Of a stretch of DNA of 64,000 nt, positions 25,055 to 38,199 are shown in pieces; the first letter of the stretch is position 1, and the number at the start of each line of letters is the position of its first letter. This stretch comes from Octopus vulgaris. Its lineage: Eukaryota. The DNA lies in NCBI GenBank assembly GCA_951406725.2, contig OX597823.1, positions 63,922,001 through 63,986,000 on the forward strand. The letters are read 5' to 3'. The position numbers and the translations under genes were made by a program. The notes under the pieces were generated by a model that was not told the DNA's origin, did no database searches, and saw only the letters and a program-made list of their open reading frames with translations.

Positions 25055-25589
25055 AGTTTTTGTTTTCTATGATCCACCCTGGTTCCTCTTGGTCTGAGTC
25101 ATCCTAGAATTCAGAGTAGTTAATCAGTGAAACAGGTATGAGAATGGACGACTATGCATACTGTGAAAAATAACAAGAATATAGAGAACAGTTCATACAT
25201 AGTCAATTAACAGGTTTCAATATAAGCATGAATAAAAATTAGATTTATGTAAATGTGTTTGAAGTAAAAAAAATATTCTTATGTTTCTGTTGGTAAAAAT
25301 TAATTGAATAATTCATGTGTTGTGAAAATAGTGTTATTGACATGCATGGTCTGGCACAAAGAGATTAATAGCATTCGGTATTTTGTTCAGCTAAAACATA
25401 GCTCACATTAAAACTAACATTGGTGGTTCTGTCTGAAAAGAGCAAGAACAGAAAGGTGTTGGGGCAATACTAAAGTGCTGAGAGAAACATGTTTATGGAA
25501 GTTGGTTGTTGAGTGAAGAGCTGAGAGGGAGAATAGCTCTGAGTTCTTGCTTATATAACAAAAAATGGTCCCAGCTATGGATTAATTAG

Positions 25590-26480
25590 CATATGCCCCT
25601 GGGAGATCCTCTATGCTGATGACTTTGCTCTAATAGCTGAGTCACTGTCAGAACTAGAGAAGTTTCAGGTGTGGAAGTAAGGTCTAGAATTGAAGGGCCT
25701 TAGAGTGAATGTAGCAAAAACCAAAGTTTTAATAATTAGGACAGCAGACAGATCACAAATGCCTTCAGGTAGATGGACCTGCTCAATCTGTAGAAAAGGT
25801 GTAGATAGAAACTCCATAAGATCTACCTGGTGTAAGGTATAGATACATAAGGGGTGCAGTAATATCAAAGGAAGGGTAACTGGGAAGATAGTTTTTGTGT
25901 GTGGCAAATGCACTGTAAGTGTGCAGAAAACAGCTTCTGTCACATTCCAGGGATAAAAACTAGAAGTTGTTGATAGCTTCCATTCCCTAGGTGATCAAGT
26001 CAGTAGTGGGGGTGGATGCTCTGAGAGTGTAGCTGCTAGAATAAGAATAGCCTGGGCAAAGTTCAAAGAGCTCCTACCTCTGCTGGTAACAAAGGGCCTC
26101 TCGCTCAGAGTGAAAGGTAGACTGTATGATGCATGTGTGCAAACTGCCATGCTACACGGCAGTGAAACATGGGCTGTGATTGCTAAAGACATGTGTAAGC
26201 TTGAAAGAAATGAAGCTAGTATGCTCCGCTGGATGTGTAATGTTGGTGTGCATACACAACAGAGTGTAAGCGCCCTGAGAGAAAAGTTGGACATATGAAG
26301 CATCAGATGTGGTGTGCAAGAGAGGCGACTGCACTGCTACAGTCATGCGTTACATATAGATGAGGACAGCTGTGTGAAGAAGTGTCACACCCTAACAGTG
26401 GAGGGAACCTGTGGAAGAGGTAGAACCAGGAAGACATGGGATAAGCTGGTGAAGCACAAACTTCAGACATTGGGCAAAGT
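25590..26480 (+). mobile_element. RTE-clade LINE fragment
   Basis: PWEILYADDF; KGRLYDACVQTAMLHGSETWA; GRGRTRKTWDKLV; homologous to the 14.3-kb copy. Confidence 0.92.
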
Positions 26481-27039
26481 CACCATGCAAGTTATCAATT
26501 ATCCTTATGGATGACTAAATGGCTCTCATCATTTTGATGGAGGAACAAATGTATAACCAAAATAATCAAAACATTACTGGTTTCTGATTGGCAAACAAAA
26601 CTGATGAAATATTACTTTCCCATGAGAACCTCATGTGAACTTTCTTGAGGTTACTACAATTACTGAGTTAAATTTAAAACATTTTAATGTAAGTAATAAC
26701 CAACCATACTTTCATCTTAAAAAAACATAATAGCCCCAACGTGACTGCAGTCTAGTGTCTGAAACCAGAAGTAGCATAACATAATAAAGGCTATCAATGA
26801 ACAGATATCTACATAAGAGGTCTTACTTAATTTTACAGATTAAATACTAAACAATTTTATCCATCTGTCTGCTTTCCATTTCAAGATATGATATTATACT
26901 TTGTCCAATATTTCGAAGAAAAGAAGAGGATGAGGAAACTTTTTTTTTTTTTTCTTTTCTTTTCAATTCTTACCATCACAAGAGATCAATTTTTCTATTG
27001 CTTTCTGAAATTAGAATATTAAAGATTCACTTTTAAGTA

Positions 27040-28200
27040 TAGTTCTTCTTACCCTTTTTTTCTTTTCTCTTTTCTTTTCTTTTTCTTTTCCTTTTTTTTT
27101 TTTTTTTTGTCTCGTTTATCTTAAACGAGAAAACAATACTATCTCTAACTTCTGATACTCTCCACTCCATTAAATAGATAATATTACTCATGTTGAACCC
27201 AACACAAAATATCCTTTATTGAATATAGATTGTTACATTGTTGTTGTTGTTGTTGATGTTGCTTCACTGTTATTGTTGTTGTTGTTGTTGTTGTTGTAGC
27301 TACTATTGTTGTTATTGTTGTTTTATGTTGATGTGTCTTCCAGTGCTAGATGCTTTTGTTTCCTTATGTGCTCTTTCTTTTCTTTCTCTTTTTTTTCTTC
27401 CCATCATTCTTTTTCTTGATTTTTTAAAAAATTCTTTCTTTCTTTCTGTCTGCTATTATTTATTTATTTTATTATTTATTTATTTATTTTATTCCTTGTT
27501 ATTTATATTTTTCCTTCTATTTTTCCATCTTCTTCTTAATTTCTTTCTCTCCTTTGTGTGTTTGTTTACTTTTTCTTCCTTTCCTCATTTCACTCTTTCT
27601 TTCATTTTTCCTGTCTTCTTTTTTTCTTCTTCAATCCTTCTTTCTTTTTCTTTTCCCTTCTTTCTTCCTCTTTTCATTCTTTCCTTCTTTCCTTGCTTCT
27701 TTTCTTTCTTTTTTTCAACTTTTTCCATTTTTTTTCATTTCTTTATTCTTTACCTTAATCTTGTCTTTCTGGTTCTTTTTATTTATTCATTTCATTCTTC
27801 CTTCCTTCTCCCTTTCATTACTGTTTCGTTCTTTCATCCTATCTTCTTTTCGTCCTTTCAATCTCATTTTCTTTCTCTCATTCTTTCTATCATTTTTCCT
27901 TCTTACATTTCTTCCTCCTCCTCCCTTCCATTTCTTTCTTTCTTTTTTATTCCTCTTTTCCTTTTTCCAACTTTTCTTTCTTATTTCATTTATTTATTTT
28001 TTTACCATAATCTAGTCTTTCTGTTTCATTTATTAATTCCTTCCTTCCTTCCTTCTTTCCTTCCTTTCTTCCTTCCTTCCTTCCATACTGTTTCATTCTG
28101 TCATTCTTTCTTTCATCCTTCCTTTCCATCTCAACTTCCTTCTCTCCTCCTTCTCCTCTTCCTCCTCCTTTAATTCTTACCATTCTTCACACCATTCTCT
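27040..28200. repeat. Polypyrimidine/low-complexity tract with (GTT)n
   Basis: T/C-rich run of about 1.1 kb; source of spurious Phe/Leu/Ser ORFs. Confidence 0.95.
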
Positions 28201-28551
28201 TCTCTTCTATCCCCTTTTGTTTCAAACTCCAAGAACATCAGCTTAATGTTATCTCTACCAAAGAATCCACTATCTTTAAGGAAACATATTTAAATAACAC
28301 AAATCAAAAACCAATCAGAAATGAAACAAAAATGTTGCAAAAAGACGTTCCTTATTTTTGGTGCCTCAGTGACATTCATGTGCAAGAATATTGTTTTGAA
28401 TAAAGCTCACTTTCTCTTTGAGGAATCATTGGAATTGAACCCCTGAAAAAGAACACGCATTCACACATATATGTGTATGTATATGTGCATGTGTGTTTGT
28501 GTGTGTGTATGTGTGTGTAAGTGTGTACACATGTATACATATATATATGTG

Positions 28552-28659
<108 letters not shown>

Positions 28660-28697
28660 TATATATAAATGTATATATAGATATTTGTGTGTATATA

Positions 28698-28915
28698 TAT
28701 CAGGTCATACCATAAGTTCTGTCTGAAATTTTGAATAAAGAAAACAAGTGATCAAATGTTATATTTAATTGCAATTTAATTATCAATGTACTTTCCCTGA
28801 TTATCTATGTCTATGACTTCCTTCCGTCTATTTACAAGCTTTTTAATCCCATCAATGTAAAACTCTTTTGGTTTCAAAGTGAAGAACTCTGAAATGTCAG
28901 TTTCGACATCCTCTT
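28698..28915 (-). mobile_element. Mariner transposon 3' remnant
   Basis: Minus-strand translation EDVETDISEFFTLKPKEFYIDGIKKLVNRRKEVID..QGKYIDN* (mariner C-terminus); TIR-like ta|tcaggtcataccataagttctgtc. Confidence 0.8.
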
Positions 28916-29149
28916 ATTACTTATTTCAGTAATTTGACTGCAGCCATGCTGGAGCACCACCTTCAGTCAAACAAATCAACCCCAGGACTTATTCTTTGTA
29001 AGCCTAGTACTTATTCTATCAGTCTCTTTTGCTGAAATTTATAGATTTATCACATAGTATTTTATGATACACAACAAACTTGTTACACATGTAAACACAC
29101 CAACATCAGCTGCCAAGGTGAGGGACAAACACCGACACACACACAAATG

Positions 29150-29180
<31 letters not shown>

Positions 29181-29404
29181 GAACTTGGAAACATGTGGTT
29201 GAGAAGCAAGCTTCTTACCACACAACCACTGGAAAAATTCACAACCTTCCACCACAATAAACCACTATTGTTCTCGAAAGATTGCTTGAAGCTCACTTTC
29301 TCCCTACACCTTGATCCTTAGATCTTACATCTATCTGTCTGTCTGTCTGTCTTTCTTTCTGCATGCCTGTCTGTTGTCTGTCTGTCTATCTATCTATCTA
29401 TCTC

Positions 29405-29470
<66 letters not shown>

Positions 29471-29471
<1 letters not shown>

Positions 29472-30076
29472 CCTTCCGTCAAACGGGAAGGAAGAGCTAT
29501 TTTCATCATACTTGTGGCTGTGGCAAAAGAATGTATCTGGTGGATGCGTCTGAAAGGATTGGAGACAAACACTTTCCGCTCTGGTCAATCTGCCATCAAC
29601 TTCTTCAAGTATCACTTGAAAAGGAAAGTGAGAGTAGAGAGGCAAGTTTTGTCTAGCGAATGTTTTAAAAAAAGATGGGTGAATGTAGCAAGGATGGCAC
29701 GTATGAATAACAAAGCCACCTTGAGCATAATCCTATGAACCCGGAAAAATTTAAAACAGAGAGTTACTTACTTGCAAATAAATGTGTTAACATGTGACAT
29801 TATTGACTGAGGTTACCGTGGTCTTTTCTGTAGGCTCTTTTTTCCACAGATAAACCTTATCTGCTTCCCCCTTTACACTTTACATCATGACATTTCTGTG
29901 ATGCACGATCCCTGTTGATTGGGGGTTTTTTTCTCTCTTTTTATGATCCCTTTTGATCGAAAACCTACTCCTCCTTTTTTACTTTTCTTTTCCTTTTTTT
30001 TTCTCCCCAAAAAGAAAAGCCCTACTTTGTAATTTGTCACCTCAGTGTTCAGCCCTGTGTGGCTAATAAAGAAACA

Positions 30077-30077
<1 letters not shown>
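29471..30077 (+). mobile_element. Tx1/L1-like LINE 3' end embedded in (TCTA)n
   Basis: IILVAVAKECIWWMRLKG...FFKYHLKRKVRVERQVLSSECFKKRW resembles a Tx1-type ORF2 C-terminus; 3' UTR with AATAAA; (TCTA)n on both sides. Confidence 0.65.
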
Positions 30078-30172
<95 letters not shown>

Positions 30173-30584
30173 CATCTATCTATCTATGTGTATGATGTGT
30201 GTGTGTGTGTGTGTTTGTGTATACATACAACAGGCTTCCTTCGGTTTCCAGCTACCAAATCCACCCAGAAGGCTTTTGTCAGCCTAAGGCTAAAGTAGAA
30301 GACACTTACGCAAGATACCACGCAATGAACTGGACCTCAAACCATATGGCTTGGAATGAAATCATTAATCAAATTACTAATTAACCAATGAGTAATTACT
30401 TAATTAAAATCTAAAGCATGTGATTCATATGTGATGAAGGTTAAGGTCATCTTTATGTTTTAGTCGTTAGTATGATTATATAAGGCAATTGCTATTTTAA
30501 TGATATTAATTATGGGAGAAAAATTAAAGTATCACTCATGATGAAACATAACTAATATTCTTTTCAATCTCAATAAACTTGGTA

Positions 30585-31050
30585 AAGCGGTGAATTGGCA
30601 GAATCGTTAGCAGAAACTTTGTTCTGAATTCAATTTCTGTTTAGGTTGACTTTGTCTGTTATCCTTCCAGGGTTGATAGAATAAGTACCAGCTGAGCACT
30701 GAGGGGTCGGTGTAATCAACTTACCCCCTCTCCCCATAATTGTACCTATTTCTTTACTGCCCACAAGGGGCTAAACACAGAGGGGACAAGCAAGGACAGA
30801 CAAACGGATTAAGTCGATTACATCGACCCCTGTGCGTAACTGTATTTAATTTATTGACCCCGAAAGGATGAAAGGCAAAGTCAACCTCAGCGGAATTTGA
30901 ACCCAGTATGTAACAGCAGATGATATACCGCTAAGCATTTCGCCCGGCGTGCTAACGTTTCTGCCAGCTCACCTCCCCATAATTGTACCAGTTGAGTACT
31001 GGAGGCACGGGTGTAATCGACTTACCCCCCTCCCTCTTGTACATAAGTTT
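30585..31050. mobile_element. SINE B (minus strand, 30747-30972) nested in an older plus-strand copy
   Basis: 17-bp TSD ctccccataattgtacc at 30730 and 30973. Confidence 0.88.
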
Positions 31051-32217
31051 GAAACCAATCTTAATAAATTTAGTTTATAATTTGATTTATGTTGGAAAAT
31101 TCATATGATCAAGATGAAAAAATATTGCTTATTTGACATTGTGTGTAACAAGTCTGTTGTGTGTCATAAAATATTATGTGATAAATCTATAAATTTCTAA
31201 TTGACGTCTGTTTTAATAAGAGTGATTAATACTCATATTAATTACAAAGCAAATATTTACTATATCAAGAAGTTCAGTTCTATTAAAGTATTTATTGTTA
31301 AAACAGTGAATAATGGTATAATTGGACAAAAAAAAAGAATACTTCTCTTACAAGTTAAATGTCATTATTTTGTTTAGATCTTCCACAGCTTGAGGATATG
31401 GTAAGGCTGAATGGGTCTCAAATTGGCTTCATAATCATGAGGTTCCTGGTTTGATTGAGCAGCATGGAATCTTGGACTAACATCTTTCGTCAAAGCCTTG
31501 GGTTGACCTGAGCTTTGATAGTGAAATCGGGATGACAGAAATAGTATAAATTGCTACTGGAGGAATTCTACCTGTACTCTAAACAACTATCCTTGTCACT
31601 TTGTCTCAGTGTGTCATGCCAATTCCACCTGTGAATCCATATCTGTGGAATATTCAGCCATTTATTGGCTTATTCACTGGGGAAGTTCAGTCGATCAAAT
31701 AACACTATTCATCACTGAAACTGATGTGAATCTATTTACATATTACTTCAATGATAATGCTGATCACATTAAGTGGAGGGGCCTAGTGGAAGAGGATGAC
31801 TTAGGAAGACATGAGATGAAGTACTGAAGGCTGATCTTAAAATGCTGAACCCCATGAAGGAGCTGACAGGGGACTGAGATATGTGGTGCATTGCTATACT
31901 CAAGGAGACCCGTCCACCACAAAAGAATCGAGAAAAAAGAACTGGTGATGGTGCCACATAAAAAGCACCTAGTACACTCTAAAGTGATTTGTGTTAGGCA
32001 GGGCATCCAGCTGTAGAAACCAAGCCGAAACAGATTATGAAACTGAGTTCAGCCTTTGGCCTGGCCAGTTCCTGTCAAGTTGTTCAACCTGCTTCAGCAG
32101 AGAAAACAGATGTTAAATGTTGATGATGATGACTGATGATGTTGATGATGATAATGTAGTCATATTGTAATGTAAATCCCTATATATATATATATATAAG
32201 CTTATTAAATAGATATA

Positions 32218-32510
32218 TGTGGTAAGTAGCTTGCTTACCAACTACATGGTTCCGGGTTCATTCCCACTGTGTGGCACCTTGGGCAAGTGTCTTCTACTAT
32301 AGCCTCGAACCAACCAAAGCCTTGTGAGTGGATTTGGCAGATGGAAACTGAAAGAAGCCTGTCGTATATATGTTTATATATATATGTGTATGTGTGTGTC
32401 TTTGTTTGTCCCCCAAAATCGCTTGACAACTGATGGTGGTGTGTTTATGTCCCCGTAACTTAACAGTTCAGCAAAAGAGACTTATAGAATAAGTACTAGG
32501 CTTCCAAAGA
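32218..32510 (+). mobile_element. SINE family A copy
   Basis: Matches the consensus head and body. Confidence 0.88.
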
Positions 32511-32881
32511 AACTGGGCCGAAATGAGTGATACTTAATTTCAATAATTTCCTCTTTAACTGCATGGTGCATAAATGTATCAGGGAGAGAGAGCCAGGTGG
32601 AATTCTGTTTTAAGTGCCCCATATAACCTCCTCATAACTTTTTTTTAATTTTCTGAATTTTCAAAAATTTTTTTGTGAATTTGTTTTCTACACACAAGAA
32701 TTTATATGACTATGGAAAAACAAAAGAAAACAAACAAAATTTGTGTGTGATTTAAGGGCTATTAAGCTGTTATTTTTAGCACATCTTATGAGCACCTGAT
32801 GTCCTTCTTGTTTCTTTGTTGCTCTCGCATATTGATGCTGTTCAATATCCATCTTCCCATAAACACATTTAATGGTCTATT

Positions 32882-33266
32882 TTTGAACAACAATCACTGA
32901 AATGATATATTATTCTTTTTTGTAACTTTCTCTCATTTTATTGTGTTCTACAATTCTGAAACATTTGTAATTCTCATTAAAGAAAAAATAAATCTTACCC
33001 CCTCTTCCCTTTTCATAATGAAGGAAAAGTCAAACACTGCAAGTGGATGTGTGAGAAAAAAATTTCAATTTGTAAATTGTATCTGTAATGCAACATTTTC
33101 AGTTGTTTATTTAAACTTTCTCTGCCAACTCATCAAATACAATTACATGCAATAGATAGGTTTTGAGATTTAAATTTGCTAATTTTCCAAGATTTTAATT
33201 CTCATGTATGGGGGAGCTCATCAAATTTAAAGTGCCCCGGCCCCCCATGGTTTAAATCTGGTCCTG
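32882..33266. mobile_element. Non-autonomous DNA element, copy 1
   Basis: About 390 bp repeated directly at 35428-35832; both end ...cccatggtttaa(a/g)tctggtcctg (CAGG terminus, hAT-like). Confidence 0.7.
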
Positions 33267-33339
33267 ATGGAGTAAATTTCATCATAGGTTGCTTGATTGG
33301 GCCTTACCTGAGGTACCAGACAACAACAATGACAACAAC

Positions 33340-34340
33340 AATCTAATAATAATTCTGCTTGTTCCTTCGTTACTTAGCCCATTTGTAACACTTTCCCATG
33401 ATTAGTTGTAAGGAAAAGTGGAAGAAAGAAAAGGAGAGAGAAAAAAGGGTAAGGCGAAGAGTAAGAGAGAAAAAGAGAATAGACAGAAAGCAACTAATTA
33501 ATTATTCATTAAGCAAGCAGCAAATTAATTAATAAATTAAGCAAGCAAATAATTAACTAGTTAATGAAGAAAAGAAGCAACTAATTAAGCAATTAATTAA
33601 TTAACTCATTGAGCAACCAAGAAACTAGTAATTAACTAACTAATCATGCAAGCAAGCAACTAATTAATAAACTAATTAATAAAGTTAGCAAGCCAGCAAC
33701 TAATTAATGAATGAATTAATTAAGACAGCAAGCAACTAGTTAATGAACTAATTAATTAAGAAAGCAATTAGTTAATTAACTAATTAATCAAGAAGCAAGC
33801 AAGCAAATAATTAATGAACTAATTAAGAAAGCAAGAAACTTAACTAATGAACTAATTAATCAAGCAACTAATTAATTAACTTGTTTACTTAACCAATTAA
33901 GCAAGCAAGCAAATAATTAACTAATTAAGCAAGCAAGCAAGCAAGCAAACAAGCAAAAAACTAAGTAATTAATTAAGCAAGCAACTAATTAAAAAGCTTG
34001 CTTAATTAGTTAATTAATTTGTTGCTTGCTTGCTTAATTAATTAGTTAATTAGTTGCTTGCTTAATTAATTTGTTAAATAATTAGTTGGTTGATTGCTTA
34101 ATAAGTTAATTGTTTTCTCTCTCCCTCTTTTTCTCTCCTTCATTTCCTCTCCCTCATTTTCTTTCCCTCATTTTCTCTCCCTCTTTTTCTTCCACGCTTC
34201 ACCTTACTTTCTTTTTCTCTTTCCTTTTTCTTTCTCCCTTTTTTTCTCTCATTTGCCTTTCCCTTCAACTAATCATGTGAAAATGTTACAGTTAGGCTAA
34301 GTAACAGAAGAAGAAGAAGAAGCAGAATTATTATTAAATT
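33340..34340. repeat. About 1-kb foldback element with an internal (TAATTAA/GCAA) minisatellite
   Basis: Outer arms taataataattctgctt..gttacttagcc..gtaaca..catgattagttg mirrored at 34265-34340; purine tract mirrored by a pyrimidine tract; satellite polarity flips at AAGCTT 33994. Confidence 0.88.
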
Positions 34341-34696
34341 GGAATTGTTAAAATTTGTGATAAAAGTTTACACAAGTGCTCTCTTCTTTTGTCTTCCCTA
34401 AATATTTAATGAAGTTTATGACAATGAATTGGCATAATCGTTAGAGCTTCAGAAAATTGCTTTTCCGTATTTGTTTTGCCTCTACATTTTGTATTCAAAT
34501 CTTATCTTTTTCATCACTATGGAGTCGATAACATAAAATGCTGGAAATGTAACGTTCTCTTCCTGCAGCTGTCACATCTTGGACAAGAATGGGGTGGCGG
34601 ATGGGCTGCTTGTGCTTGCTCAAAACTACCTGGCCCCATAAAGAAAAGGAAACACCAAAAAAGCATAAATTGATTGCAACTGGCTACACTCTTTTT

Positions 34697-34897
34697 CTCT
34701 TTTACTTGTTTCAGTCATTTGGCTGCGGCCATGCTGGAGCACTGCCTTTAGTTGAGCAAATCGACCCCGGGACTTATTCTTTGTAAGCCCAGTACTTATT
34801 CTATCAGTCTCTTTTGCCGAACCGCTAAGTGATGGGGACGTAAACACACCAGCCTCAGTTGTCAAGCAATGCTAGGGGGACAAACACAGACACACAA

Positions 34898-34956
<59 letters not shown>

Positions 34957-35062
34957 TACGACAGGCTTCTTTCAGTTTCCATCTACCAAATCCACTCACA
35001 AGGCATTGGTCGGCCTGGGGCTATAGCAGAAGACACTTGCCAAAGATGCCATGCAGTGGGAC
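34697..35062 (-). mobile_element. SINE family A copy
   Basis: Reverse complement of the consensus, head truncated. Confidence 0.9.
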
Positions 35063-35427
35063 TATTTAAATTTCAATTTACAGATGTAATACTAATTTGA
35101 TAGTTATAGCAAATATAATTGATTGAATAAAAAAAATCTGTTATTACAGGTAGTGGTTAAGCTAACAAGGAAGTCTTATCCCTGTTACCCTAGTTCTTGC
35201 CATTGCAAAGACCTACGAGAGAACCAGAACTCATGTGATGGAGAAATGGAATTCTTTCAGAATAGCATGCACATGTTGGAATTTCCCCAAGTTTGTCAGG
35301 ATTTTTCCTATTTTTCATGCATTGCAAAACAATGAAAGGAAGCTTTTTAAAAACAAATGTTTTAAAAATCCATGTCTTTTAAATATTTGTCTCCTCCCAC
35401 TCCCACCACCACACACTTACCATGCAT

Positions 35428-35832
35428 TTTGAACAATGGTAACCACTAAAACAATATATTTTTCTTTCCTGTAGTTTTCTGTCATTTTATTTGAGAATTA
35501 CAATTCTGAAACATTTGTAACTCATGTTAAAGGAAAAAAATAAATCTTACCCCTCTCTTCTCTCCTTCATTGTACTTTTCACAATGAAGGAAAAGCCAAA
35601 CACAGCAAGTGGATATATGAGAAAAATATTTGAATTTGAAAAGTGTATCTATAAAGCAACATTTTCAGTTGTTTATCTAAACTCTCTCTGCTAACTCGTC
35701 AAATACAATTACGTGCAATAGATGAGTTTTGAGATTTAAATTTGTTAATTTTTCAAGATTTTAATTCTTGTGTATGAGGGGGCCCACCAAATTTAAAGTG
35801 CCTTGGGCCCCCATGGTTTAAGTCTGGTCCTG
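35428..35832. mobile_element. Non-autonomous DNA element, copy 2
   Basis: Direct repeat of 32882-33266. Confidence 0.7.
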
Positions 35833-36243
35833 CCTAAGGCTATGGGAGAAAATACTTGCAATAGGTTCAAACCTGAAATTGTGCAACTCTAAAATGAATT
35901 CCTTAACTGCATATGTATATATATGCTTGAAACTAAGTTCATTAGACTCATGAGTTTAAAAAATCTATCTAAATATTACCATAGTAAACAGAATCATCTG
36001 TTTGACTTTTCCAGATCAAAGATTAAGAAAGCCTCTATGACATCAAACAACTTGCTAAAAATAGCAGCTAAATCTGTTCTACTTCAAACCACATTGTCTT
36101 AAATAGAAGAAGGCGATATTGGACTGTGCTTTTTAAGAGATATATAACTTTATATAGTCACTGCTGGAATACCATTGATCATAAGTTTGCTTAATTAGGG
36201 CTGAACCTGAGCTAAACAACAACAAGGTATTGATAAGAAAATA

Positions 36244-36422
36244 TTTCGTCTGCAGCTACGTTCTGAGTTCAAATTCTGCCGAGGTCAACTTTGCCTTTCA
36301 TCCTTTCGGAGTCGATTAAATAAGTACCAGTTACTCACTGGGGTCAATATAATTGACTTAATACATTTGTCTGTCCTTGTTTGTCCCCTCTGTGTTTAGC
36401 CCCTTGTGGGCAGTAAAGAAAT
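36244..36422 (+). mobile_element. 5'-truncated SINE B with 19-bp TSD
   Basis: aggtattgataagaaaata at 36225 and 36423. Confidence 0.9.
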
Positions 36423-37059
36423 AGGTATTGATAAGAAAATAGAATTGTGATGTTGATGTTTCTTCTCAGATCATCAGAAGAGCAAGTAAAATCAATAGAA
36501 CAGTTTGCTCAGGACTTGAACTTGTGCTTCACACTGTTTATGACGAAAGCTTATCTTTGATATAATACTCACTTCAGCTTACTAACAATGGTAATATATT
36601 TGAGGAAAAAAAAGCACCACCACTCCGCAAAAAAACAAACAAACCAAAAAAGCATATAAATATAAAAAACGAATTCAGAGTAAATTTTCCAAGTGTAACC
36701 CAGAAATGATAAGAAATTAGTAATGTAAGAAATATACAAAACTGTATACATAAGTACTTTTCTTTGTCACGCTTTTTTTTTATCAAAACTTCTATGTAAA
36801 AAAAAAAAAGATCTTGTTATGATCATAATTAGCTTTTTTAACCTCTCAGTTTATTGTAGCAAAGTTTTAACCTATTATATTAATGATAACATAACTTCTT
36901 CATTAAGTTTACTTTAAACAATGTTTATCTGAAAAAGTTGTTGAAGTACTAAAGAATTTTATCACTTTTTTGATTTAGGAACATTTAAAGATTTCATATA
37001 TCTAGAAAGTATGTACATCTCAAAACTGACAGTTTTAGCCACGAGGAGTTTGTTGTTTG

Positions 37060-37469
37060 CTCAACTGAATTACTTGTCCATTGAAATAGCAAGTAAGTGG
37101 CTGAGGATTCTTCTGACATGTGTACTGTTACCATAATCTTCAGGTTAAAATGGCACTATATCAGTTATGACAACAAGTATTCCAGTTGGTCTGGTCAATG
37201 GAAGAACCTCCTCGTGAAATTAAAGTACAAGTGGGCAAGCAATCCACTGCTGGGCATACTCTTAATATAATTCTCAGGGTAATTCAGCATGACACAGCAT
37301 GTGATAAGGCTGGTTCTTTGAGTTATAGGTACAACTCATTTTTGCCCACTGCGTGGGCTGGAGCATTGTGGAGTGAGGTGTCTTGCTCAAGGACACGATG
37401 CGCCACCAAGAATCATATTCCTGCCCTAACAATCGTGAGCTGAACACCCTATCCACTAAGCCATGTACC

Positions 37470-37510
<41 letters not shown>

Positions 37511-38050
37511 GTATTCTTCAGTTATGGTACCAGGTGTTCCAGTTGATCTGATCGACAAAATAGCTTGCTCATGAAATTAATGTGCAGGTGGCTAAGCACT
37601 CCACAGACATGAATACCTATTTCTTTACTACCCACAAGGGGCCAAACACAGAGAGGACAAACAAGTACAGACAAACGGATTAAGTCGATTAAATCAACCC
37701 CAGTGCGTAACTGATACTTAATTTATCGACCCCGAAAGGATGAAAGTCAAAGTCGACCTCAGTGGAAATTTGAACTCATAACATAACGGCAGACAAAATA
37801 CGGCTATGCTCTTCACCCGGCATGCTAATGTTTCTGCCAGCACCCCAAAGACATGAATACCCTTAATGTAATTCTCAGTAAGATTCAGCATAGCATAAAA
37901 ACTGACAAGACTTGTCCTTTGTATTACAGGTACAACTCATTTTTGTCCACTGAGTGGGCTGGAGCAACATGAAATAAAGTGTTTTGCTCAAAGACACAAT
38001 ATGTCACCAGCAGTTGAACTCAGGACCTTACGATCATGAGCTTCATCGGG
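37060..38050 (-). mobile_element. Cluster of SINE family C copies with a nested SINE B (37618-37845)
   Basis: actcatttttg..cactg.gtgggctggagca...gtg.cttgctcaag motifs; TSD agacatgaatacc at 37605 and 37849. Confidence 0.8.
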
Positions 38051-38199
38051 TAGAATCAACATGACACAGTAAACGAGAAGGCTGTACTTCTCAGTCACAG
38101 ATATAATCAGTCCAATAGGCATTTCACATTTTCTGTCGATCCAGTTTCACTCATAACACTTGGCTTGATCTGAGGCAATGGTAATAGACACATATGTCA

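Noticed and set aside
27238-28173. 311-aa hydrophobic ORF
   Set aside because: Translation of a polypyrimidine tract, with no domain features
33480-34110. CRISPR-like repeat array
   Set aside because: Eukaryotic minisatellite with no unique spacers and no cas genes
36470-36590. AG...GT-bounded exon candidate
   Set aside because: Stops in all three frames and no support; a non-coding or terminal exon cannot be excluded
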